NCBI GenBank assembly: GCA_965219575.1
Contig: OZ244779.1
Span: 1,036,769-1,100,768, forward strand
Origin: Candidatus Oxydemutatoraceae bacterium
GTDB lineage: Bacteria > Pseudomonadota > Gammaproteobacteria > Poriferisulfidales > Oxydemutatoraceae
Length of the DNA stretch: 64,000 nucleotides
Direction of reading: 5' to 3'
Shown here one piece after another: positions 49,924 through 59,028 of the stretch; position 1 is the first letter of the stretch; each line of letters starts with the position of its first letter. The notes beneath the pieces are model-generated. The model had not been told where the DNA came from. It ran no database searches and saw nothing but the letters and a program-made list of their open reading frames with translations. A program made the translations under genes and the position numbers.

Positions 49924-51858
49924 ATGATTGTAGAATTAGGACATTTTTTATTGGTGCTTGCGTTGAGCGTTTCCTTGCTGCAGGGTTTCGTCGGTTTGGC
50001 CGGCGCGCAATTCAACAGTGTTGCACTGATGGCGGTTGCCCGCCCGGCGAGCTATGCGTTATTCGTGTTATTACTGCTGTCGTATCTCGCACTGAGTTAC
50101 GCTTTTGCAACCGACGATTTTTCGGTGCTTTATGTTGCCGCCCATTCCAATACGAGTTTGCCTATCTACTACAAGTTATCTGCGGTTTGGGGTGGACACG
50201 AAGGTTCTTTATTGCTATGGGCATTTGTGTTAGCGGCGTGGATATTTGCAGTCGCATTATTGAGCCGTAAACTTCCCGATATTTTTTCGGTTAGAGTGTT
50301 GGGTGTTATGGGACTTATTGCCACCGGCTTTTTGCTGTTTATGCTGGCAACCTCCAACCCTTTCGAGCGGCTATTTCCGATGCCCGCCGACGGCAAGGAT
50401 TTGAACCCGTTGTTGCAGGACCCCGGTTTGATCTTTCATCCACCGATGCTTTATATGGGCTACGTAGGCTTTTCGGTTGCTTTCGCTTTCGCAATTGCAG
50501 CGTTGCTCGGCGGCAAGTTTGATTCGAGTTGGGCACGGTGGTCCAGACCGTGGGTACTGGCAGCGTGGGTGTTTTTAACGATCGGTATTACACTCGGTAG
50601 CTGGTGGGCGTATCACGAACTGGGATGGGGCGGTTGGTGGTTTTGGGATCCGGTTGAAAATGCATCTTTTATGCCGTGGTTGGTCGGCACCGCACTCATT
50701 CATTCGCTTGCCGTAACCGAGAAAAGAAATGCGTTTAGAAGCTGGACCTTGTTGCTTGCGATATTGGCGTTCTCGTTGAGTTTGCTGGGTACTTTTTTAG
50801 TGCGCTCCGGTGTGTTGGTATCGGTGCATGCATTTGCAAACGACCCGGAGCGAGGTGTTTATATATTGGCATTTCTTACCGTCGTTATCGGCAGTGCTCT
50901 GCTACTCTATGCGACACGCAGTCCGCAGATCAAAAGCGGCGGCGTATTCGCATTGGTTTCACGCGAGCATCTATTATTGATCAATAATGTATTGCTGGTG
51001 GTGGCAATGGCGTGTATTTTGATCGCTACCCTATATCCCTTGGCGATGGATGTGTTGGGTCTCGATAAAATATCGGTGGGTGCGCCGTATTTCTCGGCGG
51101 TATTCGTGCCACTGACCTTGCCGTTGGTGTTCTTGGCCGGATTGGGACCCAAAATGCAGTGGAAGCAAGCAAGTCTGAAGCAGTTGTGGCAAGCGACACG
51201 AGGCGTACTCGGTATTGCAATCGTCGTCGGAACAATTTTATTACTTTTGGTCGGCGACCATTTCTCGTTGTTGACCGTGCTGGGCGTTATTGCCGGAGTG
51301 TGGATTATCTTTGCAATGCTCAATACGTTGTTTAAGCTGGATAATAAAACCTTCTCCGGATCATTCACTCTGAATCGGTTGCGGAGCTTGCCGGCTTCTT
51401 TTTACGGCATGAACATGGCACATATCGGGATGGGAATTTTCGTTTTGGGGGTTACCTTCAGTGGTGCTTATAGCGAGGAGAAAAACGCATTACTCGGCGA
51501 GGGGGAGACGATCACGATCGCCGGTTATCGTTTTGTATTCAACGGGGTCGGCAACAAAGAAGGTCCGAACTATAGCGCACTGGAGGGCGAACTCGATGTC
51601 TATAAAGACGGCAAGCAAGTTGCAACGCTCTATCCGCAAAAACGCGTCTACCGGGTACAGACAAACCCGATGACCGAGGCGGCGATAGATGCAACTTTAT
51701 TAAGAGACCTGTATGTTTCGTTGGCGGAACCGGTCGGCGACCGTTTCGGGGTGCGGGTTTATTACAAACCTTTTATACGCTGGATTTGGATCGGTGCATT
51801 GCTGATGGCACTCGGCGGTTTGTGGTCGATCGGCGATAGACGTTATCGCTCGGACTAA
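49924..51858 (+). CDS. ccmF: Heme lyase CcmF
   Basis: WGGHEGSLLLW, LNPLLQD, WGGWWFWDPVENAS and SVHAFA motifs. Confidence 0.97.
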   Translation: MIVELGHFLLVLALSVSLLQGFVGLAGAQFNSVALMAVARPASYALFVLLLLSYLALSYAFATDDFSVLYVAAHSNTSLPIYYKLSAVWGGHEGSLLLWAFVLAAWIFAVALLSRKLPDIFSVRVLGVMGLIATGFLLFMLATSNPFERLFPMPADGKDLNPLLQDPGLIFHPPMLYMGYVGFSVAFAFAIAALLGGKFDSSWARWSRPWVLAAWVFLTIGITLGSWWAYHELGWGGWWFWDPVENASFMPWLVGTALIHSLAVTEKRNAFRSWTLLLAILAFSLSLLGTFLVRSGVLVSVHAFANDPERGVYILAFLTVVIGSALLLYATRSPQIKSGGVFALVSREHLLLINNVLLVVAMACILIATLYPLAMDVLGLDKISVGAPYFSAVFVPLTLPLVFLAGLGPKMQWKQASLKQLWQATRGVLGIAIVVGTILLLLVGDHFSLLTVLGVIAGVWIIFAMLNTLFKLDNKTFSGSFTLNRLRSLPASFYGMNMAHIGMGIFVLGVTFSGAYSEEKNALLGEGETITIAGYRFVFNGVGNKEGPNYSALEGELDVYKDGKQVATLYPQKRVYRVQTNPMTEAAIDATLLRDLYVSLAEPVGDRFGVRVYYKPFIRWIWIGALLMALGGLWSIGDRRYRSD

Positions 51859-52262
51859 GCGGAGCGCATTACCGACGACACCAATAGGGTTATTTCAATA
51901 AATCAAAAACAGCAAAATAGAACTGCCGATTGAGCTTGTAGGGGCAGACTTGCATGTCTGCTCGATAGGCCAATCGGCATGATATTGCGCAGAACTTTAG
52001 CGTATTATTAGCTAAGGCATACATTCAGTTGTGAATGTGTTAATATGTGAGTATTGGTGAGTCAATGGCTAAATTAAGGAATATAAATATCCGAGCAGTG
52101 TTGGAATACGGAGAATTATTTGATGAGGTATTGCGTATGCAGATGCGTGCTTGGGGTGGATGATGACTGCAAAGGTCGCAAGCCGTCGCAAACGACGGCA
52201 TTGGATGCGATATTAGCGGTTGCCGATAAACATTGAGACGAGTTGATAAGGAGTAAATAGAG

Positions 52263-52514
52263 ATGACCGATATTGCTTTGTATAATTTATTGCGGCGGAT
52301 ACCTGATGCTACCGATGACGAAGTAGAGAAGGCAGTTAATGATGTTGCGAGTTCAAGGGAAGTGGCTACGAAGGCGGATATAGCGAGGGTAGATAAAACT
52401 ATCGCCGAACTAAAGGGTGAGTTGAAAGCGGATATAGAGAGAATGGGTCGGATTATGATTATGTGGATAGTCGGTATTGGTTTAGCGGTTATTGGAGTGA
52501 TTAAATATTTGTAG
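52263..52514 (+). CDS. Small coiled-coil membrane protein (ATKAD motif), paralog B
   Basis: MTDIALYNLLRRIPDATD...VATKADI...C-terminal TM helix; AAGGAG RBS. Confidence 0.8.
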   Translation: MTDIALYNLLRRIPDATDDEVEKAVNDVASSREVATKADIARVDKTIAELKGELKADIERMGRIMIMWIVGIGLAVIGVIKYL

Positions 52515-52629
52515 AATGTAATGGATAGAAACAGAAATACTTTTTTGAGACTTTAATCTAAATTGTGTAAGTTCAAATTAAGATAAACTAGGTGGCAACA
52601 CCAAACTAATAAAGGAGAACTTTTATATT

Positions 52630-53043
52630 ATGAATAATTATCAGAAAATTTCACTTGTTATAGCAAGCCTAGCTTTGCTAATAGGGATTGCAACATATAT
52701 ACACAATATGCAGCGACCGAAGAATGAAATTGCTATACAGAAATTACAAGAATTACAAGAAATTGTAACCTCCGATACCGGCAAATTTAATGGTATTCTT
52801 AACGCCGCCGTACTTTCACAGGAACTCTCTGAACAGAATTTTAATGAGTTGTTTAAGATATATGCTAATGTGCGAGATGCCTACAAAGGTAGACATCAAT
52901 ATATTGGAAAATCAGCCAGAAATAAGATCGATAAAAAGATAGACGATTTAGAAACCAATTACATAAAAAAGCAAAAGATTAGTTATGAAGGTATAGAAGC
53001 CATGAGTAGCATTATGGAACTTATTAAGATATCGTCGCAGTAG
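52630..53043 (+). CDS. Hypothetical protein with N-terminal TM helix and helical domain
   Basis: 137-aa AT-rich ORF with AAAGGAG upstream; no recognised family. Confidence 0.6.
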   Translation: MNNYQKISLVIASLALLIGIATYIHNMQRPKNEIAIQKLQELQEIVTSDTGKFNGILNAAVLSQELSEQNFNELFKIYANVRDAYKGRHQYIGKSARNKIDKKIDDLETNYIKKQKISYEGIEAMSSIMELIKISSQ

Positions 53044-53274
53044 AGCAAGTGGCGTGACTTTGTGCAGAACCTGCCCGCTGTAAGCCACATAATTATATAA
53101 CCACCCCATGACCCCATGGAAAGGTTTTACATTTCGTACCATGTGCTAAGATTCTGCATAACGTTACGCCGGTTGACCTACTGATTCAATCGGCGGTTCT
53201 GTTGCGCCTGCCACCCTAAGGTTAGACATACCAGTCCGTCCCTGCGGTGTATGGAATACTGTTTCAACAGCCCC

Positions 53275-53689
53275 ACATTTCATTTAAGTTTTGGTCTTGA
53301 AAATGGGGGAAGGTCAGACCAATTGCGACGGCGACGGTGCTTCCGGGATTTACTTGCGTCTCGCAAAGCGGATACACCGAACTCGTCAAAGCACTTTTTT
53401 CAGCGGTATAGAGTGGAACGGCTCACTCCGACAAAGTCTTGGGTTGCGTTTAAGCCGTGTTTGTTCCATGTCTAGTGCATTAAGTTTTTGTTTGGCATCT
53501 GTTGCCATCATAGCCTCCATTTTGTTGGGAAAAGAGGCTATTTTATAAAAACCTATAATGCGGTAGCCGATGTGCTGATTGCGCATGTCGGCTACTTTAA
53601 TTTAGGAGATATTTTCCCGCTAGAAAAAGCACTTTTCCTAGCGGAAAAATTAGGTTCTAAAGAGTCCAATATGTATCTGGCATTATACA
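53275..53689 (-). pseudogene. Decayed IS481-like transposase 5' fragment with probable left end
   Basis: Allowing one frameshift, it reads ...AKQKLNALD/WNKHGLNATQDFVGVSRSTLYR*KK...GVSALRD (HTH, TGA at the expected Trp). Minus-strand TGTATAATGCCAGATACATATTGGAC at 53689 resembles a TGT-start IR. Confidence 0.65.
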
Positions 53690-53826
53690 AGGATTTTCAT
53701 CGGTAAATCAAAAGGAATATAGTAAAATCACACTATATGACGATGAAAAATAAAATTGCCGCTTGCCGTATCCTAAGTTTCTATGACTAAAATTTTTAAG
53801 GGTATTAAAAGTGCCTTAACAGAACG

Positions 53827-54372
53827 ATGCGATTGATAGTGTTATTGACAGCTTTTTTTGCAATGCTGGCACTATTTGCCGTCGGCTTGAAGTTGGATCC
53901 TTCGCATGTGCCGTCGCCGTTGGTCGGTAAAACGATGCCGGCTTTTGCAGCCGAAGATCTGCAACAACCGACGCAGCGTATAGAACAGAGCGACTGGTTG
54001 GGACAACCTGCGCTGGTTAACATCTGGGCAAGTTGGTGCGTGGCGTGCTTGAACGAACATCCGTTGCTGATGGAATTTTCACGACGCGAAGCATTCCCTA
54101 TCTACGGTATAGGTTATAAGGATGTTCGCGAAGACGCGCTACAATGGCTGGCACGGCACGGCAATCCCTATGCGATGAGTTTGCACGATATCGACGGGCG
54201 CATCGGGATAGATTGGGGTGTGTACGGTGTGCCGGAAACTTTTGTGATAGACCACACCGGTGTTATACACTATAAACATATAGGTCCTATAAACGAGATA
54301 CTGATGCAAGAAACACTGCTACCGCTACTGCAAAGATTACGCACCGAGCAATACGATGAAACCACAGGCTAA
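53827..54372 (+). CDS. ccmG: Thiol:disulfide interchange protein CcmG/DsbE
   Basis: NIWASWCVAC and GVYGVPETF motifs. Confidence 0.95.
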   Translation: MRLIVLLTAFFAMLALFAVGLKLDPSHVPSPLVGKTMPAFAAEDLQQPTQRIEQSDWLGQPALVNIWASWCVACLNEHPLLMEFSRREAFPIYGIGYKDVREDALQWLARHGNPYAMSLHDIDGRIGIDWGVYGVPETFVIDHTGVIHYKHIGPINEILMQETLLPLLQRLRTEQYDETTG

Positions 54373-54784
54373 AATCATTTTTCGCATATTGAATATAATT
54401 TTATTGTGGTCTTCGGTATGTTCTATCGCCGTTGCCTTATCGACTACCGGTTTATTGCCCGAACAAGAACAACGCTATCATGATTTGCTTAGAGAATTGC
54501 GTTGCTTGGTGTGCCAGAATCAATCGCTCGCCGAGTCCGATGCCGGTTTGGCAGTCGATTTGCGAGACGAGGTAAAGGCGATGATAATGGAAGGAGCCGA
54601 CGACAACGAGATTTTTAAGTTTATGACCGAGCGATACGGCGATTTTGTTTTGTATCAGCCACCGTTCAAGCCACAGAATTATCTATTGTGGGTTGCGCCG
54701 TTTCTATTATTGTTGATAGGTCTGGCGGTATTAATTAGAAATGTTGCGCAGCAAAACCGTGCGATAAAACCCGAGGCTGATTAA
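54356..54784 (+). CDS. ccmH: Cytochrome c biogenesis protein CcmH
   Basis: LRCLVCQNQS and RYGDFVLY.PP motifs. Confidence 0.95.
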   Translation: MKPQAKIIFRILNIILLWSSVCSIAVALSTTGLLPEQEQRYHDLLRELRCLVCQNQSLAESDAGLAVDLRDEVKAMIMEGADDNEIFKFMTERYGDFVLYQPPFKPQNYLLWVAPFLLLLIGLAVLIRNVAQQNRAIKPEAD

Positions 54785-55887
54785 TGCTGGTATTCTGGGG
54801 TGTTGCGGCACTAACATGGCTATTGCTGTTGCTTGTTTTGTTGAAGCCGCTGCTTAGACGGCACGGCGCGAACCAACCGCATCAGCCGAGTGCCTACAAA
54901 AGACGTCTGCTTGTTTCGGTAGCGACGGCGGTTTTTATCGTCGTTTCCAGTGCCTCGCTTTATGTATACTGGTCAAACGGCTATTCGCTGCTCATCGCCT
55001 CTTCCGATAGAGAGAGCAATATGGTGGAATTGACCGAACAGCTGGCTCAAGAACTGGAACAATCTCCGGATAATCCGCAAGGATGGTTATTACTTGCTAA
55101 TTCGTACACCGCACTGGGAGAATACGATAAAGCCGTGACCGCTTATCAGCAGGCGGAACGTTATACCGAACTCGAAGCGTGGGCGCAGATTGCCTATGCC
55201 GAAGTACTGCTTGTTGCCGAAGGTTCGTTGAACGCCAAAGCCAAAGACTTGTTGGAGGTGGCCGTAGCGAGCAGACCCGATGACCCGCAGGGTTTATTTT
55301 TGATAGGGCTTGCGCATCTGGAGCGAGCAGATTATTTGCAAACTATTTCTTATTGGGAACGTTTGCTGGCATTGTTGGAAGCCGACAACCCCTTGGCGAA
55401 TGCGGTGGAGGAGAAGCTCGTCGAAGTCAGAGCATTAGCCGCCGAAGTGCCCGAGACGAGTCGCAACCAACCGCCGCAAGACACATCGGATAAGCAAGCC
55501 GAGGACTCGGAGGCGAGACAATCTACATCCGAGGAAGCACCCTGTTTTATACGCGTCGGTGTCGGCTTGGATGCCGAACTTTATTCAAAAATATCGCCGC
55601 AAGACACATTATTCGTTTATGCAAAAGCGGCAACGGGGCCGCCGATGCCGCTTGCGATTAAGCAATTCACCGCGGATGCTTTGCCGCTGGAAACTTGCTT
55701 GGGACCCGACGATGCGATGATAGGAGGTATGACCATCGACAATTTTGATCCGATTCAAATTATTGCGCGCATCTCAAAATCGGGTTTGGCGGCACCACAA
55801 CCGGGAGATCTGCAAGCTGCAAGCGAACCGTTGCCGACAAAAAATGGTAGTGCGGTTTCTTTGTCGATCGACGAGATATTGGAATAA
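54784..55887 (+). CDS. ccmI: CcmI/CycH TPR protein
   Basis: P.N..GWLLLA TPR repeats and C-terminal LFVYAKA..GPPMPLA domain. Confidence 0.88.
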   Translation: MLVFWGVAALTWLLLLLVLLKPLLRRHGANQPHQPSAYKRRLLVSVATAVFIVVSSASLYVYWSNGYSLLIASSDRESNMVELTEQLAQELEQSPDNPQGWLLLANSYTALGEYDKAVTAYQQAERYTELEAWAQIAYAEVLLVAEGSLNAKAKDLLEVAVASRPDDPQGLFLIGLAHLERADYLQTISYWERLLALLEADNPLANAVEEKLVEVRALAAEVPETSRNQPPQDTSDKQAEDSEARQSTSEEAPCFIRVGVGLDAELYSKISPQDTLFVYAKAATGPPMPLAIKQFTADALPLETCLGPDDAMIGGMTIDNFDPIQIIARISKSGLAAPQPGDLQAASEPLPTKNGSAVSLSIDEILE

Positions 55888-55889
55888 CG

Positions 55890-57131
55890 GTGTCCGTAGA
55901 ATATCTTGTCGGCTGGCGGTATACCCGCGGCAAAAAACATAACCACTTCATCTCTTTCGTATCGCTGATATCTATCTTGGGTATCGCGGTCGGGATTACC
56001 GTTATCATTACCGTACTCTCGGTAATGAACGGCTTCAAGGAAGAGATCAGAAATAAGATACTCGATGTGGTTTCGCATAATACTCTGAGCAGTCTGGACG
56101 GTACCATTGACGACTGGCAAGTGCTTCGTCCCGAGCTTGAGAACGAGCCCGGTGTTGCTGCGACGGCACCCTTCGTCGAGATGCAAGTGATGCTGATGAA
56201 AGGCGATAAGGTCAGAGGGGCTTATGCACGCGGGGTGGTACCCGAACTCGAGAAGCAAGTATCCAACATAGAGGGTTATCTCGAAGCAGGTGAGATTGAA
56301 AGTCTGACAGCCGACGACTATCATATCATCTTAGGACACTCGCTCGCTTTTTCGTTGAGAGCCGAGCTCGGCGATAAGATCACCTTGATCAGTCCGCAAG
56401 CGGCGGTCACCCCGGCCGGTGTATTACCGAGAATGCGGAGCTTCGTCGTGTCGGGGATATTCGATACCGGATTGTCGGAGTTCGACCGCGGTGTCGTATT
56501 GTTAAATCTGGAGGACGCAAGCCGTCTTGCTCGCTTGGACGATAATGTCAACGGTATCCGCCTGCGATTGGACGATCTATTCGAATCCCCCGAACTCAGC
56601 AACCGTCTCAATTTGCGCTTGGGTCCGCAATATTGGGTTACCGATTGGACGCGCAACCACCGTAATTTTTTCAGGGCTCTGGAGATGGAAAAACTGTTAT
56701 TGTTCCTGATCATGGCACTGATTATTGCGGTTGCCGCATTCAATATCATCTCGATGCTGGTGATGGTGGTGATAGAGAAACAATCCGATATTGCCATCTT
56801 GAGAACGATGGGAATGCAGCCTATTCAAGTCATGAAAGTTTTTATAACCCAAGGTTGTCTGATCGGTTTTATGGGCAACATCACCGGTATAGTCGGTGGC
56901 GTACTGCTGGCAAGCTATGTAGAAGATTTGGTGACTGCGATAGAACGCGCAACGGGGGTCAAGTTTTTGTCGCCGGATGTTTATCCGATTACCGAAGTAC
57001 CGTCTAAGTTGATAGCCGAGGATGTTATCGTTGTTGCGGTGCTGACTTTTGTGATGACGGTGTTGTCTACGCTCTATCCGGCGTGGCGTGCGTCGCGCTT
57101 GAGGCCGGCGGAAGTTCTGAGAGGCGGATGA
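55890..57131 (+). CDS. Lipoprotein-releasing ABC transporter permease (LolC/E family)
   Basis: VLSVMNGF, VAAFNIIS.L and LYPAWRA motifs. Confidence 0.93.
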   Translation: MSVEYLVGWRYTRGKKHNHFISFVSLISILGIAVGITVIITVLSVMNGFKEEIRNKILDVVSHNTLSSLDGTIDDWQVLRPELENEPGVAATAPFVEMQVMLMKGDKVRGAYARGVVPELEKQVSNIEGYLEAGEIESLTADDYHIILGHSLAFSLRAELGDKITLISPQAAVTPAGVLPRMRSFVVSGIFDTGLSEFDRGVVLLNLEDASRLARLDDNVNGIRLRLDDLFESPELSNRLNLRLGPQYWVTDWTRNHRNFFRALEMEKLLLFLIMALIIAVAAFNIISMLVMVVIEKQSDIAILRTMGMQPIQVMKVFITQGCLIGFMGNITGIVGGVLLASYVEDLVTAIERATGVKFLSPDVYPITEVPSKLIAEDVIVVAVLTFVMTVLSTLYPAWRASRLRPAEVLRGG

Positions 57132-57820
57132 CGATGAACCCGTTGCTGGAATGTCGGGCGATCACCCGATATTACGACGACGGCGTGTCGCGTACCGAAG
57201 TCCTAAAAGGATTGGATTTAGAGGTGATGCCGGGTAGTACGCTGGCAATCGTCGGTGTATCGGGTTCCGGCAAGAGTACCTTATTGCATCTACTGGGTGG
57301 TTTAGACACGCCGAACGAAGGCGATATCACAATTCAAGGGCAGCGCATCGATACGATGTCGGAGACCGAGCGTAGCCGCTTCAGGAATCGGCATATCGGC
57401 TTTATCTACCAGTTTCATCATCTACTGGGCGACTTTAATGTACTGGAAAATGTGGTGATGCCGTTGCTGTTGCGGGGACAATCTTTTGCTAAAGTAGAAA
57501 GCCTAGGCGCGCAACTACTTGCCAAGACCGGTCTTAAAGAACGGGCAAAACACAAACCGTACCAATTATCGGGCGGGGAACGTCAACGGGTTGCTATCTG
57601 TAGGGCGATGATAACCCAGCCGAGCATTATTTTGGCGGACGAACCGACCGGGCAGTTGGATAGAAATAGTGCCGAAGCCGTCACCACCGAACTATTGAAC
57701 TTGAGTGCCGATAACCGAACCGCATTGATATTTGCCACGCACGATCAAGATTTGGTGAGCCGCTTACCCGAAGTGTATAGAATTGACGGTGGGCTATTGA
57801 ACCGCCGATTGAGCCGGTAG
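57128..57820 (+). CDS. lolD: Lipoprotein-releasing ABC transporter ATPase
   Basis: GVSGSGKST, GFIYQFHHLL, LSGGERQR and ADEPTG motifs; ATGA overlap with the permease. Confidence 0.93.
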   Translation: MTMNPLLECRAITRYYDDGVSRTEVLKGLDLEVMPGSTLAIVGVSGSGKSTLLHLLGGLDTPNEGDITIQGQRIDTMSETERSRFRNRHIGFIYQFHHLLGDFNVLENVVMPLLLRGQSFAKVESLGAQLLAKTGLKERAKHKPYQLSGGERQRVAICRAMITQPSIILADEPTGQLDRNSAEAVTTELLNLSADNRTALIFATHDQDLVSRLPEVYRIDGGLLNRRLSR

Positions 57821-58020
57821 GTCAATCGGCGGTTCTATTCAGCCTGACGGGATGGTTGTGTCGTGAGGCTGTTGAAAAAATGCTGTTCTGCAAAACTGTA
57901 ACCGCTTGCGCCATTGAATTTACGATAACCACCGAGCCGTAGGGGCGGACTGGCATGTCCGCCCTAAAGTACCGTTCGGCACAAACCCAACCGCTTGCGC
58001 CACCTAATTACGACAACCAC
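57790..58020. repeat. Left repeat cluster of the RAYT locus (P, third-family motif, TIR, GTAG-REP)
   Basis: P at 57799-57836, GGCTGTTGAAAAA at 57867, and GTAGGGGCGGACTGGCATGTCCGCCCT at 57939-57965 between two imperfect direct repeats. Confidence 0.88.
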
Positions 58021-58129
58021 TCGTCGTTTATTTGCTACCGTCTGTCGAATTGCTAAATAGACAAACTCACTATCCTGATAAATTTTTGATATACACATCT
58101 ATTCAATTCTTAACCCACAAGGATTATTT

Positions 58130-58696
58130 ATGAGAAACAAAAATGTCAAACCTAAAACTTATGCTCGCCGTCGTCAATCTATGCGATTGAAAGGATACGA
58201 CTATGCTCAACCGGGAATGTATTTCGTCACAATCTGTGTTCGGAATAAATTATATTTATTCGGCGATATTATCAATAATCAAATGCAATGTAATGATGCC
58301 GGTAATATGCTATGGTTTTGGTTTTATCAAATTGAGCATCAGTTTGCCGGTATAAAATGCGATGAGTGCATGGTGATGCCGAATCACATTCATTTTATTA
58401 TTGCTATTACAGAAGCGCAGCAACAATGCCATTCTATCGTTGCGTATGATAACCAAAAAATATCTTTAAGTTGTATTGTGCGATGGTGGAAGACTATGAC
58501 AACCACAGATTATATTCGTGGTGTTAAGCGATACGGCTGGGAGAGATTCGATAATAAGCTATGGCAGCGCAGTTATTGGGATGGTATTATCGATAATGAG
58601 ATATTTTTACATGAAATCCGTAAATACATCAAATATAACCCACAGAAATGGTCAACCGATACATTGAATACAGAAAATAAAGTTGCAAGGGGTTGA
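58130..58696 (+). CDS. REP-associated tyrosine transposase (RAYT; Y1 HUH family)
   Basis: R.SMRL.GYDY...G.YFVTIC, MPNHIH (HUH), LWQRSY and YIKYNP (catalytic Tyr) motifs. Confidence 0.92.
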   Translation: MRNKNVKPKTYARRRQSMRLKGYDYAQPGMYFVTICVRNKLYLFGDIINNQMQCNDAGNMLWFWFYQIEHQFAGIKCDECMVMPNHIHFIIAITEAQQQCHSIVAYDNQKISLSCIVRWWKTMTTTDYIRGVKRYGWERFDNKLWQRSYWDGIIDNEIFLHEIRKYIKYNPQKWSTDTLNTENKVARG

Positions 58697-58699
58697 CAT

Positions 58700-58964
58700 G
58701 GGGCTATTGAAAAACAGAACTGTCGATTGAACCAGTAGGTCAATCGGCGTAGCGTTGTGTAGAATTGTGATGCGTTGCGTCTGCACAAATAAAATCGTAC
58801 ACCAGTTAATTTATGGAAACCAAACCCAAATGGCGCAAGCGGTTGCGGCTGTTCAGAACGGCACTTTAGGGCGGACATGTTAGTCCGCCCCTACGGGTGG
58901 GTTGGATAATTATTCGGCGCATAGCGGTTGGGTTCGTGCAGAACGGTACTTTTTCAACAGCCCC
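58700..58964. mobile_element. MITE/REPIN-like unit to the right of RAYT
   Basis: Ends GGGGCTATTGAAAAA and TTTTTCAACAGCCCC; contains P at 58716-58748 and an inverted REP at 58868-58894. Confidence 0.85.
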
Positions 58965-59028
58965 ACTTCTGCAACCACCCCGTCAGGCTCCGCCTACCAC
59001 CCCTCCGAAGGAGGGGAATGTATCATGT

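Larger units (their letters stand above)
51885..53274. mobile_element. Repeat-bounded cargo cassette inside the ccm operon
   Basis: P+arm forward at 51919-52001 and inverted at 53145-53201. Degenerate REP and TTTCAACAGCCCC end at 53221-53274. Two AT-rich ORFs lie between the arms. Confidence 0.65.

Noticed and set aside
52065-52163. 32-codon ORF MAKLRNINIRAVLEYGELFDEVLRMQMRAWGG within the cassette
   Set aside because: No recognisable family and weak RBS; it may be a gene fragment but is unsupported.
55890-57820. Apparent loss of a second Lol permease after lolD
   Set aside because: Single-permease (LolF-type) systems are common outside enterobacteria, and no remnant is visible.
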